Below, one piece after another: positions 41,426 through 51,500 of a DNA stretch of 64,000 nucleotides. The number at the start of each line of letters is the position of its first letter. Position 1 is the first letter of the stretch. The notes under the pieces are model-generated. The model saw only the letters and a list, made by a program, of their open reading frames with translations, made no database searches and was not told the origin of the DNA. Origin of the DNA: Flavobacteriales bacterium (GTDB lineage: Bacteria; Bacteroidota; Bacteroidia; Flavobacteriales_D; UBA2798); NCBI GenBank assembly GCA_035299065.1, contig DATGXI010000034.1, forward strand, positions 6,232-70,231. The letters are read 5' to 3'. The position numbers and the translations under genes were made by a program.

Positions 41426-42538
41426 ATGCACATACTACTGCTACACCACCAGGGGCAACCTGTTTATGGTTTACAATTTGCGTATAACGCTGTACTGGTA
41501 CAACACTTTAAAAAGGATTTTGGTGCAACCTGGTCATCAACCAAAAAATGCTGGTATTTAAAAGCTGATATAGCTAAACTTGTAAAGTTAAAAGCCAGCC
41601 TTGAAAAAACATTTGGCCTGGTGGTTACGCTTGACCCTTTGCTGCAGGCTGAAGTTGAAAAACTGCAACCATTACCTGAAAACAAGTTACTGATTGATAT
41701 GCTTGCCGGGCACATGCGCATGAAGCGTTACAGTGAGCGCACGGTTGGCACGTATACCGATATTTTGCACCTGTTTTTTGTTTTTTACCGTGAAAAGCTG
41801 GCGCATGAAATAACCGGTTATGACATTGAGCGTTTTAACACCGAGTATATTTTGCACCGCAACTTATCATTTGCGTACCAGAACCAGTTTGCCAGTGCTT
41901 TAAAATTATTTTTTACGTACACGCGTATTGGGCGCAGTGTGCCGGCCATTGAGCGCACGCACCGGCAAAGTAAATTGCCCCTGGTACTGGCCCCGCAGGA
42001 GGTGGCTGAAATTATAAACGTGGTGAGCAATCAAAAACACCAAACCATGCTTGCCTTAATATACTCGGCCGGGTTAAGGCGTGGGGAGTTGTTGCATTTA
42101 AAGCCGGTGCACATTGATTCAAAGCGTATGCTTATACATATTTTGAACGCCAAGGGAGGTAAGGACAGGGTTGTACCGCTATCACCCACCGTGCTGGAAA
42201 TGCTGCGTGCTTATTTTTTGGCTTACCGGCCCAAAACCTGGTTATTTGAGGGGCAAAAAGCAGGTGAGCGGTACAGTGAGCGCAGCATTGAACTGGTGTT
42301 TAAAAAAGCCTTGGGTTTGGCAAAAATCAGGAAAAAAGCTACCTTGCATACCTTGCGGCACAGTTATGCCACGCATTTGCTTGAGGGCGGTACCAATTTG
42401 CGGTATATACAGGAGTTGCTGGGGCACAGCAGCCCCAAGACCACGCAAATTTACACGCATGTGAGCACGGCAGCGTTAGGCCGGATTGAGAGTCCGCTGG
42501 AGAAATTAAACATAACCCATAAACCCAATGCGAAATAA
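41426..42538 (+). CDS. tyrosine-type site-specific recombinase (XerC/D-like catalytic domain with about 100-aa N-terminal extension)
   Basis: 370 aa. SAM-like core-binding region, catalytic R (AGLRRGEL), HTLRHSYATHLL (H-x-x-R), LLGHSSPKTTQIYTHV (H...Y). Confidence 0.85.
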   Translation: MHILLLHHQGQPVYGLQFAYNAVLVQHFKKDFGATWSSTKKCWYLKADIAKLVKLKASLEKTFGLVVTLDPLLQAEVEKLQPLPENKLLIDMLAGHMRMKRYSERTVGTYTDILHLFFVFYREKLAHEITGYDIERFNTEYILHRNLSFAYQNQFASALKLFFTYTRIGRSVPAIERTHRQSKLPLVLAPQEVAEIINVVSNQKHQTMLALIYSAGLRRGELLHLKPVHIDSKRMLIHILNAKGGKDRVVPLSPTVLEMLRAYFLAYRPKTWLFEGQKAGERYSERSIELVFKKALGLAKIRKKATLHTLRHSYATHLLEGGTNLRYIQELLGHSSPKTTQIYTHVSTAALGRIESPLEKLNITHKPNAK

Positions 42539-42580
42539 GCTTTATGCAAACCACGCGCCCATGGCACCTGTTTTGGCAGG

Positions 42581-42615
42581 ATGGGCGAAATTTTGCAAGG
42601 CAAAACTTCGCCCAT
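42581..42615 (+). other. 16-bp-stem hairpin flanked by TTATGCAAA direct repeats, immediately 3' of the recombinase gene
   Basis: ATGGGCGAAATTTTGC-AAG-GCAAAACTTCGCCCAT with one mismatch. TTATGCAAA is at 42542-42550 and 42623-42631. No T-tract follows. Confidence 0.6.
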
Positions 42616-42814
42616 AAACAAGTTATGCAAAAGGCGCAATAAAATTGACGTGTTATTAATTTCTTTTTTGAAGTAAAGCGTAACCGTAGCAGAGTAAAAA
42701 TATTCCCGTAATTTACGACACGTCTCCGAACAAGCACAAATCAAAAATTTAGCGTTTTAAAAAAGCCAGCGCACTTTTTTGGGTTGTGAGTACACAACCC
42801 ATGTTGGCGCACGC

Positions 42815-42950
42815 CCCGCAACACATTTAAATTTTAGCGCCTAATGCCCTACTTCAACCTGGCATCACCCTACACTAAAATTTAAAAGAGTTGCTTCCTC
42901 CAACGCACGTTGAAATAAGGTTGCACTTCGTGCGACTCTGCGCTACTCCC
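42815..42950 (+). repeat. diverged third copy of the central part of the conserved non-coding module
   Basis: ACACATTTAAATTTTAG...CTGGCATC...CTAAAATTTAAAAGAGTTGCTTCCTCC parallels 58729-58800. Hairpin arms are 42826-42837 and 42875-42886. Confidence 0.5.
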
Positions 42951-43047
42951 TCCGGTCAAACAAGGCGCAAGCCACAGGCGTGTGGTAGAGCCAATTATAG
43001 GAAATTCTTATTTGTAAAAGAAAATTTATTAAATTTATAAAACCCCT

Positions 43048-43599
43048 ATGAAAGAATATATACCAATAATAGCCGATGTTTCGAGCATCGTTTTATCCGT
43101 TACAGCTTTGTTTTTTACCTATAGGGTGTTTAAGCGCGAAAACACAATTAATAACGAAAATTTTATTTATCAAAAGAAGTTTGATTCACATAACGCCCTA
43201 TTTGTCTACTGTATTGAATATATGGATAGCGCGGAGCAAGTAGGTGGTTGGCTAAAGCAAATACAAAAAGAAGACACCCCCTTTTCACGAAATGAGCATA
43301 AAAAGTATCTCGAAATGTTTGTCAAAATTGAAAACGGGTTGGAAATAGAGCTGCTTAAACATACGTTAATTATTCCTGAACATATTTTGAAACAATATCA
43401 TGAATTTTTGTATGGCCCTTCTCCCTGGAATGATTTAGATAATATAGAAAAATGGGATTTGATGACCGATCATTTTTATACGAAATTAGAGCACATTCAT
43501 CAACTGGTTTCTGAAGACTTACACATTCAAAAATTAAATACTAACATGATTTCAAGATTCGGAACTTCCCGTAAAAATAAATTAGCGACTAAGCCATGA
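43048..43599 (+). CDS. hypothetical protein with N-terminal TM anchor
   Basis: 183 aa, AT-rich. TM helix IIADVSSIVLSVTALFFTY. Confidence 0.5.
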   Translation: MKEYIPIIADVSSIVLSVTALFFTYRVFKRENTINNENFIYQKKFDSHNALFVYCIEYMDSAEQVGGWLKQIQKEDTPFSRNEHKKYLEMFVKIENGLEIELLKHTLIIPEHILKQYHEFLYGPSPWNDLDNIEKWDLMTDHFYTKLEHIHQLVSEDLHIQKLNTNMISRFGTSRKNKLATKP

Positions 43600-44306
43600 A
43601 TTTTATAGAAATACCCATTCTTGAACGAATAGACCGTTATGTTGAAATGCTTATAGTGCGGCCTTTAAAAGACTATGGCCATCACAGTTTTTCAAAGCAG
43701 GACAAAGTAGCACTTAGAAATATTATTCATGGTGTATTTCTAAACCCAAACGAAAATACGCAGCAGTTAGCTAGTAATTTCGGACATTATACTAAAAACT
43801 GGAATATTGATTGGCATTGGATTGCACGACATATCTTACATGATAATTATAATATTGAGCAAGCAAAATCAATAATACGGCATTCTGGAATAAATTCTAC
43901 TGTTGTCAAAGAGATTGATGATTTAACCAGTCAAGAATGTTATTCTCTTTACTTATCTGAACCTAGTAATCCTAATAGTGCTCCAAAGGAGTTCCTCTTA
44001 AGAGAATTAATAGAAAATGGGGATAATTTTGGTAAATCCAAGGAAAACTGGAAACCTATTATTGGGATAACTGATTTCGGATTTTACACCTTTCATCCGT
44101 ATGATGACCCTTCTTTTGATAAAGAAACCGAGCATTATTATGATACTTCTACCTTACAATTTAAACCATTAGATCATGTTTGGAACGAAAAGGAAAAAAA
44201 CTATGTGCTAGAAGAAAAACCGTTAACGGAAAGACAAAAGAAAATAAGGAGTTTAATTAAAGTAACCATAACGCGCACAGACGATCATAATAAAAATGAA
44301 GGCTAA
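43596..44306 (+). CDS. hypothetical protein
   Basis: 236 aa. ATGA start/stop overlap with the upstream ORF, which suggests translational coupling. Confidence 0.5.
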   Translation: MNFIEIPILERIDRYVEMLIVRPLKDYGHHSFSKQDKVALRNIIHGVFLNPNENTQQLASNFGHYTKNWNIDWHWIARHILHDNYNIEQAKSIIRHSGINSTVVKEIDDLTSQECYSLYLSEPSNPNSAPKEFLLRELIENGDNFGKSKENWKPIIGITDFGFYTFHPYDDPSFDKETEHYYDTSTLQFKPLDHVWNEKEKNYVLEEKPLTERQKKIRSLIKVTITRTDDHNKNEG

Positions 44307-44438
44307 ATTTAAGTGAAATGGGAAACAAATCAGTCAAACTAGGCCAAGCCACAGGCGTGTGGTAGAATGGTTTATAATTTTATAAACAACTAGAAATTTA
44401 CCTATTTTTTTACTATTTTCATTTAAAAACAAAAATCC

Positions 44439-44828
44439 ATGGATAAAGTACGAATACAGACCGAACAAGGAGAAGTAATAATCCCTTATACCGATAAGGT
44501 TGCTCACGGCATTTTTGTAATTGACGATGACGATAATATTGCATTAAGAAACGCGAAAACCTTAAAAATAAATATCGAACAAAGTGTACCTAATGAATTA
44601 GTACGCCAAGTGACAAAGTTTTCAAAAACAGGAATACTTACTTTACGCGCAGGCAATAAATGCCTTCAGTACATTTTCAAGGAATATGCAAGTCGCGAGG
44701 ACGTTGAGAACTTTGTAAGTGAATATGATGTAGACTTAGCTAATCTGATGAGGCAAGCTTACAATCTATCTAAAATGGATAAGCCTTCCGACCTTGATTT
44801 ACTGAGCACTCTTGGTAATGTAAATTAA
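44439..44828 (+). CDS. hypothetical protein
   Basis: 129 aa. First gene of a tightly packed three-gene + strand unit. Confidence 0.5.
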   Translation: MDKVRIQTEQGEVIIPYTDKVAHGIFVIDDDDNIALRNAKTLKINIEQSVPNELVRQVTKFSKTGILTLRAGNKCLQYIFKEYASREDVENFVSEYDVDLANLMRQAYNLSKMDKPSDLDLLSTLGNVN

Positions 44829-44834
44829 TATTAT

Positions 44835-45635
44835 ATGCAAAGACCTGGTCCCTTTAATGTAGAAACTATACTTAATCAATTTGTGACAGAAATTGGGGGA
44901 GAACTTGTTAGTACCCTTATTACAGATACTAAGGGGCAACCAAATGCAGACTACGCTTTTAAAAAAAAGAACGTTATTGCAGAGCTTAAATGTTTTCAGA
45001 AAGATTTGTTTAATGGACAAAATGATCAAGAAAGATTAAATGCTTTAGTTGAAAAATGGACTGAGCGTGGTTTATATACTGATCAAACTCTTAATATGCT
45101 TTTTAATGGCGAACTACCAGTTGAGTTTAAGGCAGACTTGATACAAGACGCTAGAAAATCAATTGACAATGTCATTCGAAAGGCTAATCGACAAATAAGA
45201 GAGACAAAAAAAATACTAAAGATGAAGGATGCTATGGGACTAGTATTACTTTGCAATGACGGAAACTATTTTTTGCGCAACGAACATTATTTTGGTCTAA
45301 TTTGCAATTTAATGGCAAATAAGTATATGCAATCCGACATTGATGGTATTCTCTATTTTACAATAAATCAAGTTTCTCGTTCCCCCGAAGATGAATTTGA
45401 TCACAACGTTTGGCTTCCTGCATATAGGAGTGACGACAGCAGCCTAGGTGATTTTGTAAATGAAATGGGGGTAGCATTTATGGACGAATTTTATCCTAAA
45501 CTAACCGGTAGTCCTTTATCACATAAATTTATGACTGACAATCCAGAGGAAGGCATAAAAAAAATAAGTAGCTTAACTTATTTACCAAAGGCAATAGCAT
45601 ATAAAAAAGAAAAACAAATTGATTTTTTTGACTGA
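44835..45635 (+). CDS. hypothetical protein, possible PD-(D/E)XK nuclease fold
   Basis: 266 aa. The candidate D...E-x-K signature (NADYAF-x6-IAELKCF) near the N-terminus is a motif-level inference only. Confidence 0.45.
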   Translation: MQRPGPFNVETILNQFVTEIGGELVSTLITDTKGQPNADYAFKKKNVIAELKCFQKDLFNGQNDQERLNALVEKWTERGLYTDQTLNMLFNGELPVEFKADLIQDARKSIDNVIRKANRQIRETKKILKMKDAMGLVLLCNDGNYFLRNEHYFGLICNLMANKYMQSDIDGILYFTINQVSRSPEDEFDHNVWLPAYRSDDSSLGDFVNEMGVAFMDEFYPKLTGSPLSHKFMTDNPEEGIKKISSLTYLPKAIAYKKEKQIDFFD

Positions 45636-46575
45636 CCAAGAACTCATAGAGATTTACAATCTCGCTTATAAAGAAGAATTTGACCATCATTTTGAGATTG
45701 TCAATTCCTTTTATGAACCAGCCCGAGATAAAAAGTACGCTATTGAACTTGGAATAGGAATAATAGGCCTGGTTCTTTCATTTAGAAATGGTTCGGAATT
45801 GGAAGTTGAGATTGCAAATTTATTCGAACATGTTCACAAGCTAGGTGGATCTGTTGCAGATTGCATTAGGGAAATACCGAATTCCATTAATAGCCACAAA
45901 TTTGTTGCTGAAGAATGGCATAAAACTAATAAAAAAGAAATTTCAACAGAATTCAAGAAATTTCTTGGTATTCCATATGCTATAAAACAGATCCATGTTA
46001 AAGGAGTGATGCGTATGGGCTCAGTTTTTGAAAGATTAAATTCTCTTGAAGATATCTCTAAAGAACTTGGACGAAAAATAGCTTTGATTGATTTATTTTC
46101 GAAGCTTAAAGACAAATACGAAAAATTAAATGGTGAAATAACACCAAAGCAGATTCAAACTTTGCCAATACAATATGAACCTTTACTTGAACTTAAATCA
46201 TTGCTTGAAAAGAATGACGTAGATGCATTTTTTACAATCATTCAAAGCTTCTTTGCCGGCTTGTCTTACAATATGAAAGTTACTGAAGGTTATTTTCAAA
46301 GCCATATACATATGTTACTAAAGCTGCTTCATTTTAACATTGAATCAGAAATAGACACTAACAAAGGTCGCATCGATTCAGTTATTGAAACTGGTTCATT
46401 CGTTCATATTGTTGAATTTAAATTAAATAGTAGTCGAATTGCATTAGAACAGATTGAAAAAAAAGAATATTATCAAAGATACCTAAACTCAAAAAAGAAA
46501 ATCATAATGATTGGGGTCGGTGTGGATGCTGAGAAAAAAAACATCATTGATTGGAAAGTGAAAAACTATAACTAA
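45619..46575 (+). CDS. protein with C-terminal PD-(D/E)XK nuclease domain of the PDDEXK_9/DUF1703 type
   Basis: 318 aa. GRIDSVIE...HIVEFKLN...ALEQIEKKEYYQRY...IMIGVGVD matches the pattern seen in Bacteroides AAA-ATPase-like/PDDEXK_9 proteins. The N-terminal half has no recognised domain. Confidence 0.6.
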   Translation: MIFLTDQELIEIYNLAYKEEFDHHFEIVNSFYEPARDKKYAIELGIGIIGLVLSFRNGSELEVEIANLFEHVHKLGGSVADCIREIPNSINSHKFVAEEWHKTNKKEISTEFKKFLGIPYAIKQIHVKGVMRMGSVFERLNSLEDISKELGRKIALIDLFSKLKDKYEKLNGEITPKQIQTLPIQYEPLLELKSLLEKNDVDAFFTIIQSFFAGLSYNMKVTEGYFQSHIHMLLKLLHFNIESEIDTNKGRIDSVIETGSFVHIVEFKLNSSRIALEQIEKKEYYQRYLNSKKKIIMIGVGVDAEKKNIIDWKVKNYN

Positions 46576-47195
46576 ATATAATTAACAATAATTTCTCCGA
46601 TTTTGGTACTCCGGTATCGAACATTTCCCTCTCCTCCAAAGTTAATATTGTACACTTTGATAATAGCTAAAAATCCCGCATTTAATAAACTTGTTTTTAT
46701 ATCTGGGTCAAGCATATTATCTCTATAATTTTTTAAGTGAGTTAAATCTTTATAGTATACTTTATTTATGCCAATAGAAATTCTTTGATATGTGTCAAAA
46801 TCAATCTCACCGAGAACAAATCCCCTAAATATTTTTCCAATCACGCTGCTCTTTTCAATTTGATCAGTTTGGCCGAGTAAAAATAAAACATTTTCTCCTA
46901 TTCGTCCCAGCTCATTTTTTGCATCTTTTTCGGCAATAAATTTTAACCGCTCACCTTCCGCAATATCTTTAAGTTCAAACAAGAATTTTTCTATTTTTTT
47001 TAGATAGAAATAGTCATTGATTTTTTGAAATGCTGAAATTGACTTAAACACCAAACCAAAAACTGGCAGTTCTTTAAAGATCCCGTCAGTTAAATTTTCG
47101 TCTAGGATTGCCTCTGATACCTCACCAGTAATTTCCTTTATTTCATCTGAAGCAATGCTTCGAATTATTTCTTCACTCGATTTTTTGTCCTTCAT
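46572..47195 (-). CDS. hypothetical protein (last gene of the NACHT operon)
   Basis: 207 aa, 2-bp gap from the upstream gene. No recognisable domain. Confidence 0.5.
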   Translation of the reverse strand: MKDKKSSEEIIRSIASDEIKEITGEVSEAILDENLTDGIFKELPVFGLVFKSISAFQKINDYFYLKKIEKFLFELKDIAEGERLKFIAEKDAKNELGRIGENVLFLLGQTDQIEKSSVIGKIFRGFVLGEIDFDTYQRISIGINKVYYKDLTHLKNYRDNMLDPDIKTSLLNAGFLAIIKVYNINFGGEGNVRYRSTKIGEIIVNYI

Positions 47196-47197
47196 TA

Positions 47198-48508
47198 TTA
47201 TTTGCCTTTCTTTTGAGCTAATTCCAATAATTTATCCAACTTAATATTGGTCATGTAAAATTCCTTGCTTGGGTAGTTCTTAATACTTTTTTCAAGGTTC
47301 CAGTTATCGTCTATAATTTCCTTTAAATTTGAAATAAATTTTTGTAGCATATTAAATTCCTCCGTTTCCAAATCCAAATAATCTAATTCTGCATCGTAAT
47401 GAATCAGACATTCCAAGTAATAGAAATTAGCCCTAGATTCTTGGTCCGCTCGTAATGGATTTAAATCGAACCATGCGCTCCTAAAAGCATTCATAGAATG
47501 TGTTCCACTTCCGAGGGAAGAGGGACTAAGCTGGATTTTGAGGCTGTACTTTGAACCAACTATTTTAATATATGGATGTTGCAGTTCTTCAAAATGAATT
47601 TCTATTGTTGAATCGGGTGGAAGACATATTGGACCTTTATACGTCATATTCATATATTCTTTAAAGCCATGAACCCAATTCAATTTTGGAAATAAGTCAT
47701 CACCAATAATCTTTAAATCAGAAAATCCAAGCTTACACATCGGTACTGGCTTTTCTGTAACTAGCGATCCTGAAGCCATCCGATTATAACTCTTTGAAAT
47801 CCCAATGTGCCAACTGTTTGGAAAATAGCGCCAAAAAGTTTTCAGTAATGCCCAGATCGTGGTCTGTAACATGAATGGTTGGGTCTTATCATTAAGCCTT
47901 AAGTTTTCGTCTATATCTTCCGGATCTAAACCTTGAAAAAACCAGCCTATTTCATACGAACTATGGGGAAAAGGCCTACCCACTACTCCAAGATTTTGCT
48001 TTTGAACCTCAAAGCCACTCACTATATCAATAGAAATTCCGGGATCATTGACATCTTTGAACATCCATTCCAATTGTGCATCATTCACAGGCCTCTTTCC
48101 ATGCATCGTTCTAATATAGTAAGTCCTTTCAAGGATGTGCCCACTATTCTCTTTAATATAAGAATGTGGTATTCCTTTTCTTCTTGGCACTTCTACAATC
48201 AGAAAATCTATGTCTCCCTCAATTAGTTGAACTTCAACTTCAATTCGAGGACTAATATTAGTATAGCAGATATTTTGAATTTTACCTTTTAAGCCATCCA
48301 GATCTCTAGCTAGTTTCTCGTCAAAGCTACCATCGTTATTAATCCCAAAAATAATTTTCCCGCCATGTCTATTTGCAAAAGCCAGAATACTACAAGCTAT
48401 ATCTCTACTAGCATCCTTATTTCCAAATAATCTAAATGACTTACACTCTCTAAAAACTGTTTCAAGCTCTTTAGATTGGGTTATTTTGTGAATTTCATCG
48501 ACTGTCAT
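47198..48508 (-). CDS. AlbA_2 (Schlafen-like, putative DNA-binding) domain protein with unknown C-terminal domain
   Basis: 436 aa. The N-terminal 140 aa fit AlbA_2 (ELETVFRECK...DIACSILAFANRHGGKIIFGINNDGS...FLIVEVPR). Confidence 0.65.
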   Translation of the reverse strand: MTVDEIHKITQSKELETVFRECKSFRLFGNKDASRDIACSILAFANRHGGKIIFGINNDGSFDEKLARDLDGLKGKIQNICYTNISPRIEVEVQLIEGDIDFLIVEVPRRKGIPHSYIKENSGHILERTYYIRTMHGKRPVNDAQLEWMFKDVNDPGISIDIVSGFEVQKQNLGVVGRPFPHSSYEIGWFFQGLDPEDIDENLRLNDKTQPFMLQTTIWALLKTFWRYFPNSWHIGISKSYNRMASGSLVTEKPVPMCKLGFSDLKIIGDDLFPKLNWVHGFKEYMNMTYKGPICLPPDSTIEIHFEELQHPYIKIVGSKYSLKIQLSPSSLGSGTHSMNAFRSAWFDLNPLRADQESRANFYYLECLIHYDAELDYLDLETEEFNMLQKFISNLKEIIDDNWNLEKSIKNYPSKEFYMTNIKLDKLLELAQKKGK

Positions 48509-48525
48509 AATTAATAATTTAAGTA

Positions 48526-51500
48526 CTAAAAACTCGATGCTGCCAACTTTCTTTTAGCTTCTTCAATAGTTTCTATTTTAGGCATTGATTCATAATATTT
48601 ATCTTCTATACCATCAATATGCTCTAAAATAAATCGAGATTTCGGATATTTATCTCTGTACTCAGATAAAAATCTATTAAGATCATCTTTAACAATCTTT
48701 AGATTTTGCTCGCTTTGAATTCCTATTTTATGATATGCTGAAAGTACACTCGAATTAAAGTAACCTTTATCCTCTGATTCTTCTACTTCATAACTTAATT
48801 TCAGAAGTTCAAAAAGACCTGGTAAAACTCTTATAGAAGTAACGTTGGACAAACTTCTATAATTAATTTCCTCTTTGTGAGATTTCCAATGTGAATTAAC
48901 CAAGTCGATTAATAGCTGAATACCAACTTCGTTATCAATAATTACTAAATGATAACATGCGTTGATTTTAAAACTAATATCATCCCTTCTTTTCTCTTCG
49001 TTAACTAAAAAGTCCTTTATAAATTCCTCTTCGTTAACCTCAGATAGTTTTTTGATTATTTCCCATATAGTACCCGAATCGCACTTCGAGATTATTCTCT
49101 TTAAATACTCTTTGTCTAATGTTTCTTCATAATAAAGGTTTATTAGTTCCCTTTTCTCATATTCCGACCAATTTTCGTTTTCGATTTTCGCCTCTAGGAC
49201 CGTGTAAAAATCATAAAGTCTATTTTTCAGAACGTATTGAAAATGGTTCTTAAATATTTCAAAAATTGTGATTCCTTGTTCTATATTATCCTTAATTCTC
49301 TGGTTCACCTTATCGTTATCAATAAGTTTTATAAGATGATCGAAATTCAAGTATTTATATTCTAGTATTATTGAATAACTTAGCATATTAAGGAGCACTT
49401 CTTCTGATACAATAAAATTGAGCTTGTAATGGAAATAAAAGAAATAATTTGCATAGTAATTAAAAGTGGTTGTATTCCCTTTTCTTCTCAAAGATGTTCT
49501 GAAATCAAACTTTGATAGCACTCTATTACACCAATTTTCAATCCACTGAACTTGGTTTTGATTTAGAACTAAAAAGTCATTGTGTATCAGAAGTTGTTCA
49601 AGTCGTCCGACACAATATCTTTCTACGTTTTCTCTGTCCACAAACCATAATTCAACCTTTTCCTTATCAATGGTTTTTTCTACAGAATCCTTTTTTAAGT
49701 AGAGCATATCTCTCAGCAACCATAGTACCGCACCATTGTACTTGTCTTCTAACTCAACAATTCTATTATTTATCTTTAAAATATCATATAATTCAGATTT
49801 AGTAAGTTCTTCCTTTTTAAAATCCTCGAATATCTCTATTGCTTGTGATGCCATTGAATCAATATTAAACAATAGTTCAAATTCTTGAATTGTTTGTTGC
49901 CTTCTTATTTCGTTATAGTCAACCTGTGGCAACTCTTCAAAAACCAAGTCAGTTTTACGAGATAAATAATTGCGAAACTCTTTAGTACTTACTTCCTTAG
50001 AATTATATAAATTTGTACTTATGACTTGCAAATCTGATTTTTCGATTTTTTTCTGGTTGTATAATTCGACAAATAAATCCAACGTATCTTTAAAAACAAA
50101 GCAACTTAGCAAATAAGATCTGTCCCTTTTATTTTCAGTTCGAAGAATTTGAGCTATGGCTTTTGAAATACTCTGCGTTTGAACGAAATAAGAAACCAGT
50201 AGTTCTTTTATATCAAAATCAAAACTTATTCCACCCGCGCTAAACCAAGAGAGACATGCGCTAAATACATTATCGTTTACATTTTCCGCTTCAATTGCAC
50301 TTTTGATTAACGTTCTTGCGCTTTCTCCTGAATCATAATGGTGCCTAAAATACTCTCCTTCGGAAGCATAATTAATTAGTTTTGTAATCGATGCGTCTGT
50401 CTTTACCGCCCCAATACACTCTTTTAAATTATAAATCTCATTCATTGAGGTTGATCCACCTCTTTCTTCCGAATCAGTTCTATATCTTAGATCACACCCG
50501 CTTATAATATAGTCTACGTACTTATCACTAAGTTCGTAACCTAGAATAAGATCATACATAGCAGTTCTTATATATTTATTCGCGCTCTTGCCAAATAACG
50601 AAAATATATGCTCTATTTCGCTTACTTCCAATAATCTTGAAATTGTTAATGCCTTTAATATCTCACTAACAATATTGACCCTTGAACGGCATTTATCCAA
50701 TAATTCGATTAGCCTTTTCTTTACAGAGCTACCATTATCTAAATCACGAAAATTAAAATTCCCTAAAACTCTAATAGCGTTTCTAAGAGTTATTTCACTT
50801 GGCTCATCAAGTAAATTCAACAAATATTCAACACAACCTTTACTATTTCCGAAACTTGTAAATTCATGCAAATTAAGTTTATACTCATTTATCCAAAACT
50901 CATTTTTTTGGTAATATGAAAATATTTCTTTAAAGATAACTTCCCGCTTTACAATGTCAAGTTTTTCACGTTCTACTTTTATAATGAGTTCTTTGTCATT
51001 CTTCATTAACCAAGTGATGAGATCATCATAATAAGTGCCATTTTTTATCCCTAGTAAAAATGTTATAGTATTCATCCAACTTGGAATTAGCTTTGTATGT
51101 CCAGGAGAATATGTAATTAGGGTAATTATTTCATCAAATCTGAGTTTGGAAAGATATCTTGCTGCCAAATATTCTTGAAATAATCGATGTTCAAATTTCC
51201 AAATCCCACGACTATTTTCAGATTTAGTGAAAAGCTTCGAATATTTGATTAAATCAATTTTTGAAGAATCATCAATCACTGATTCGAAATCAGAATTGGA
51301 AATCGCATTTTTTCCCATAATTTCCATTAGAACTGCTATTCTCTCCAATAAGGATAACGTTTGACTCTTCTTAAGCGTTATATTATCAACTGTAAGTACA
51401 TATTTCTTCTGGTCAAAAAACATATCCATCTGTATGAATTGATCGAATAAATCCGACTTATTAGAGGGCAGTTGCCCCTTCTCAGCGTATAAGCTCGCTA

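Noticed and set aside
41044-41561. ORFs 41044-41298(-), 41069-41314(-) and 41289-41561(+) upstream of or overlapping the recombinase start.
   Set aside because: They cover the GC-rich dispersed repeat and the promoter region, overlap one another, and have no coding-like features.
42171-42744. ORFs 42171-42464(+), 42242-42460(-), 42339-42737(-) and 42451-42744(-).
   Set aside because: They are alternative-frame or antisense shadows of the recombinase gene and its downstream hairpin region. The recombinase frame has complete catalytic motifs.
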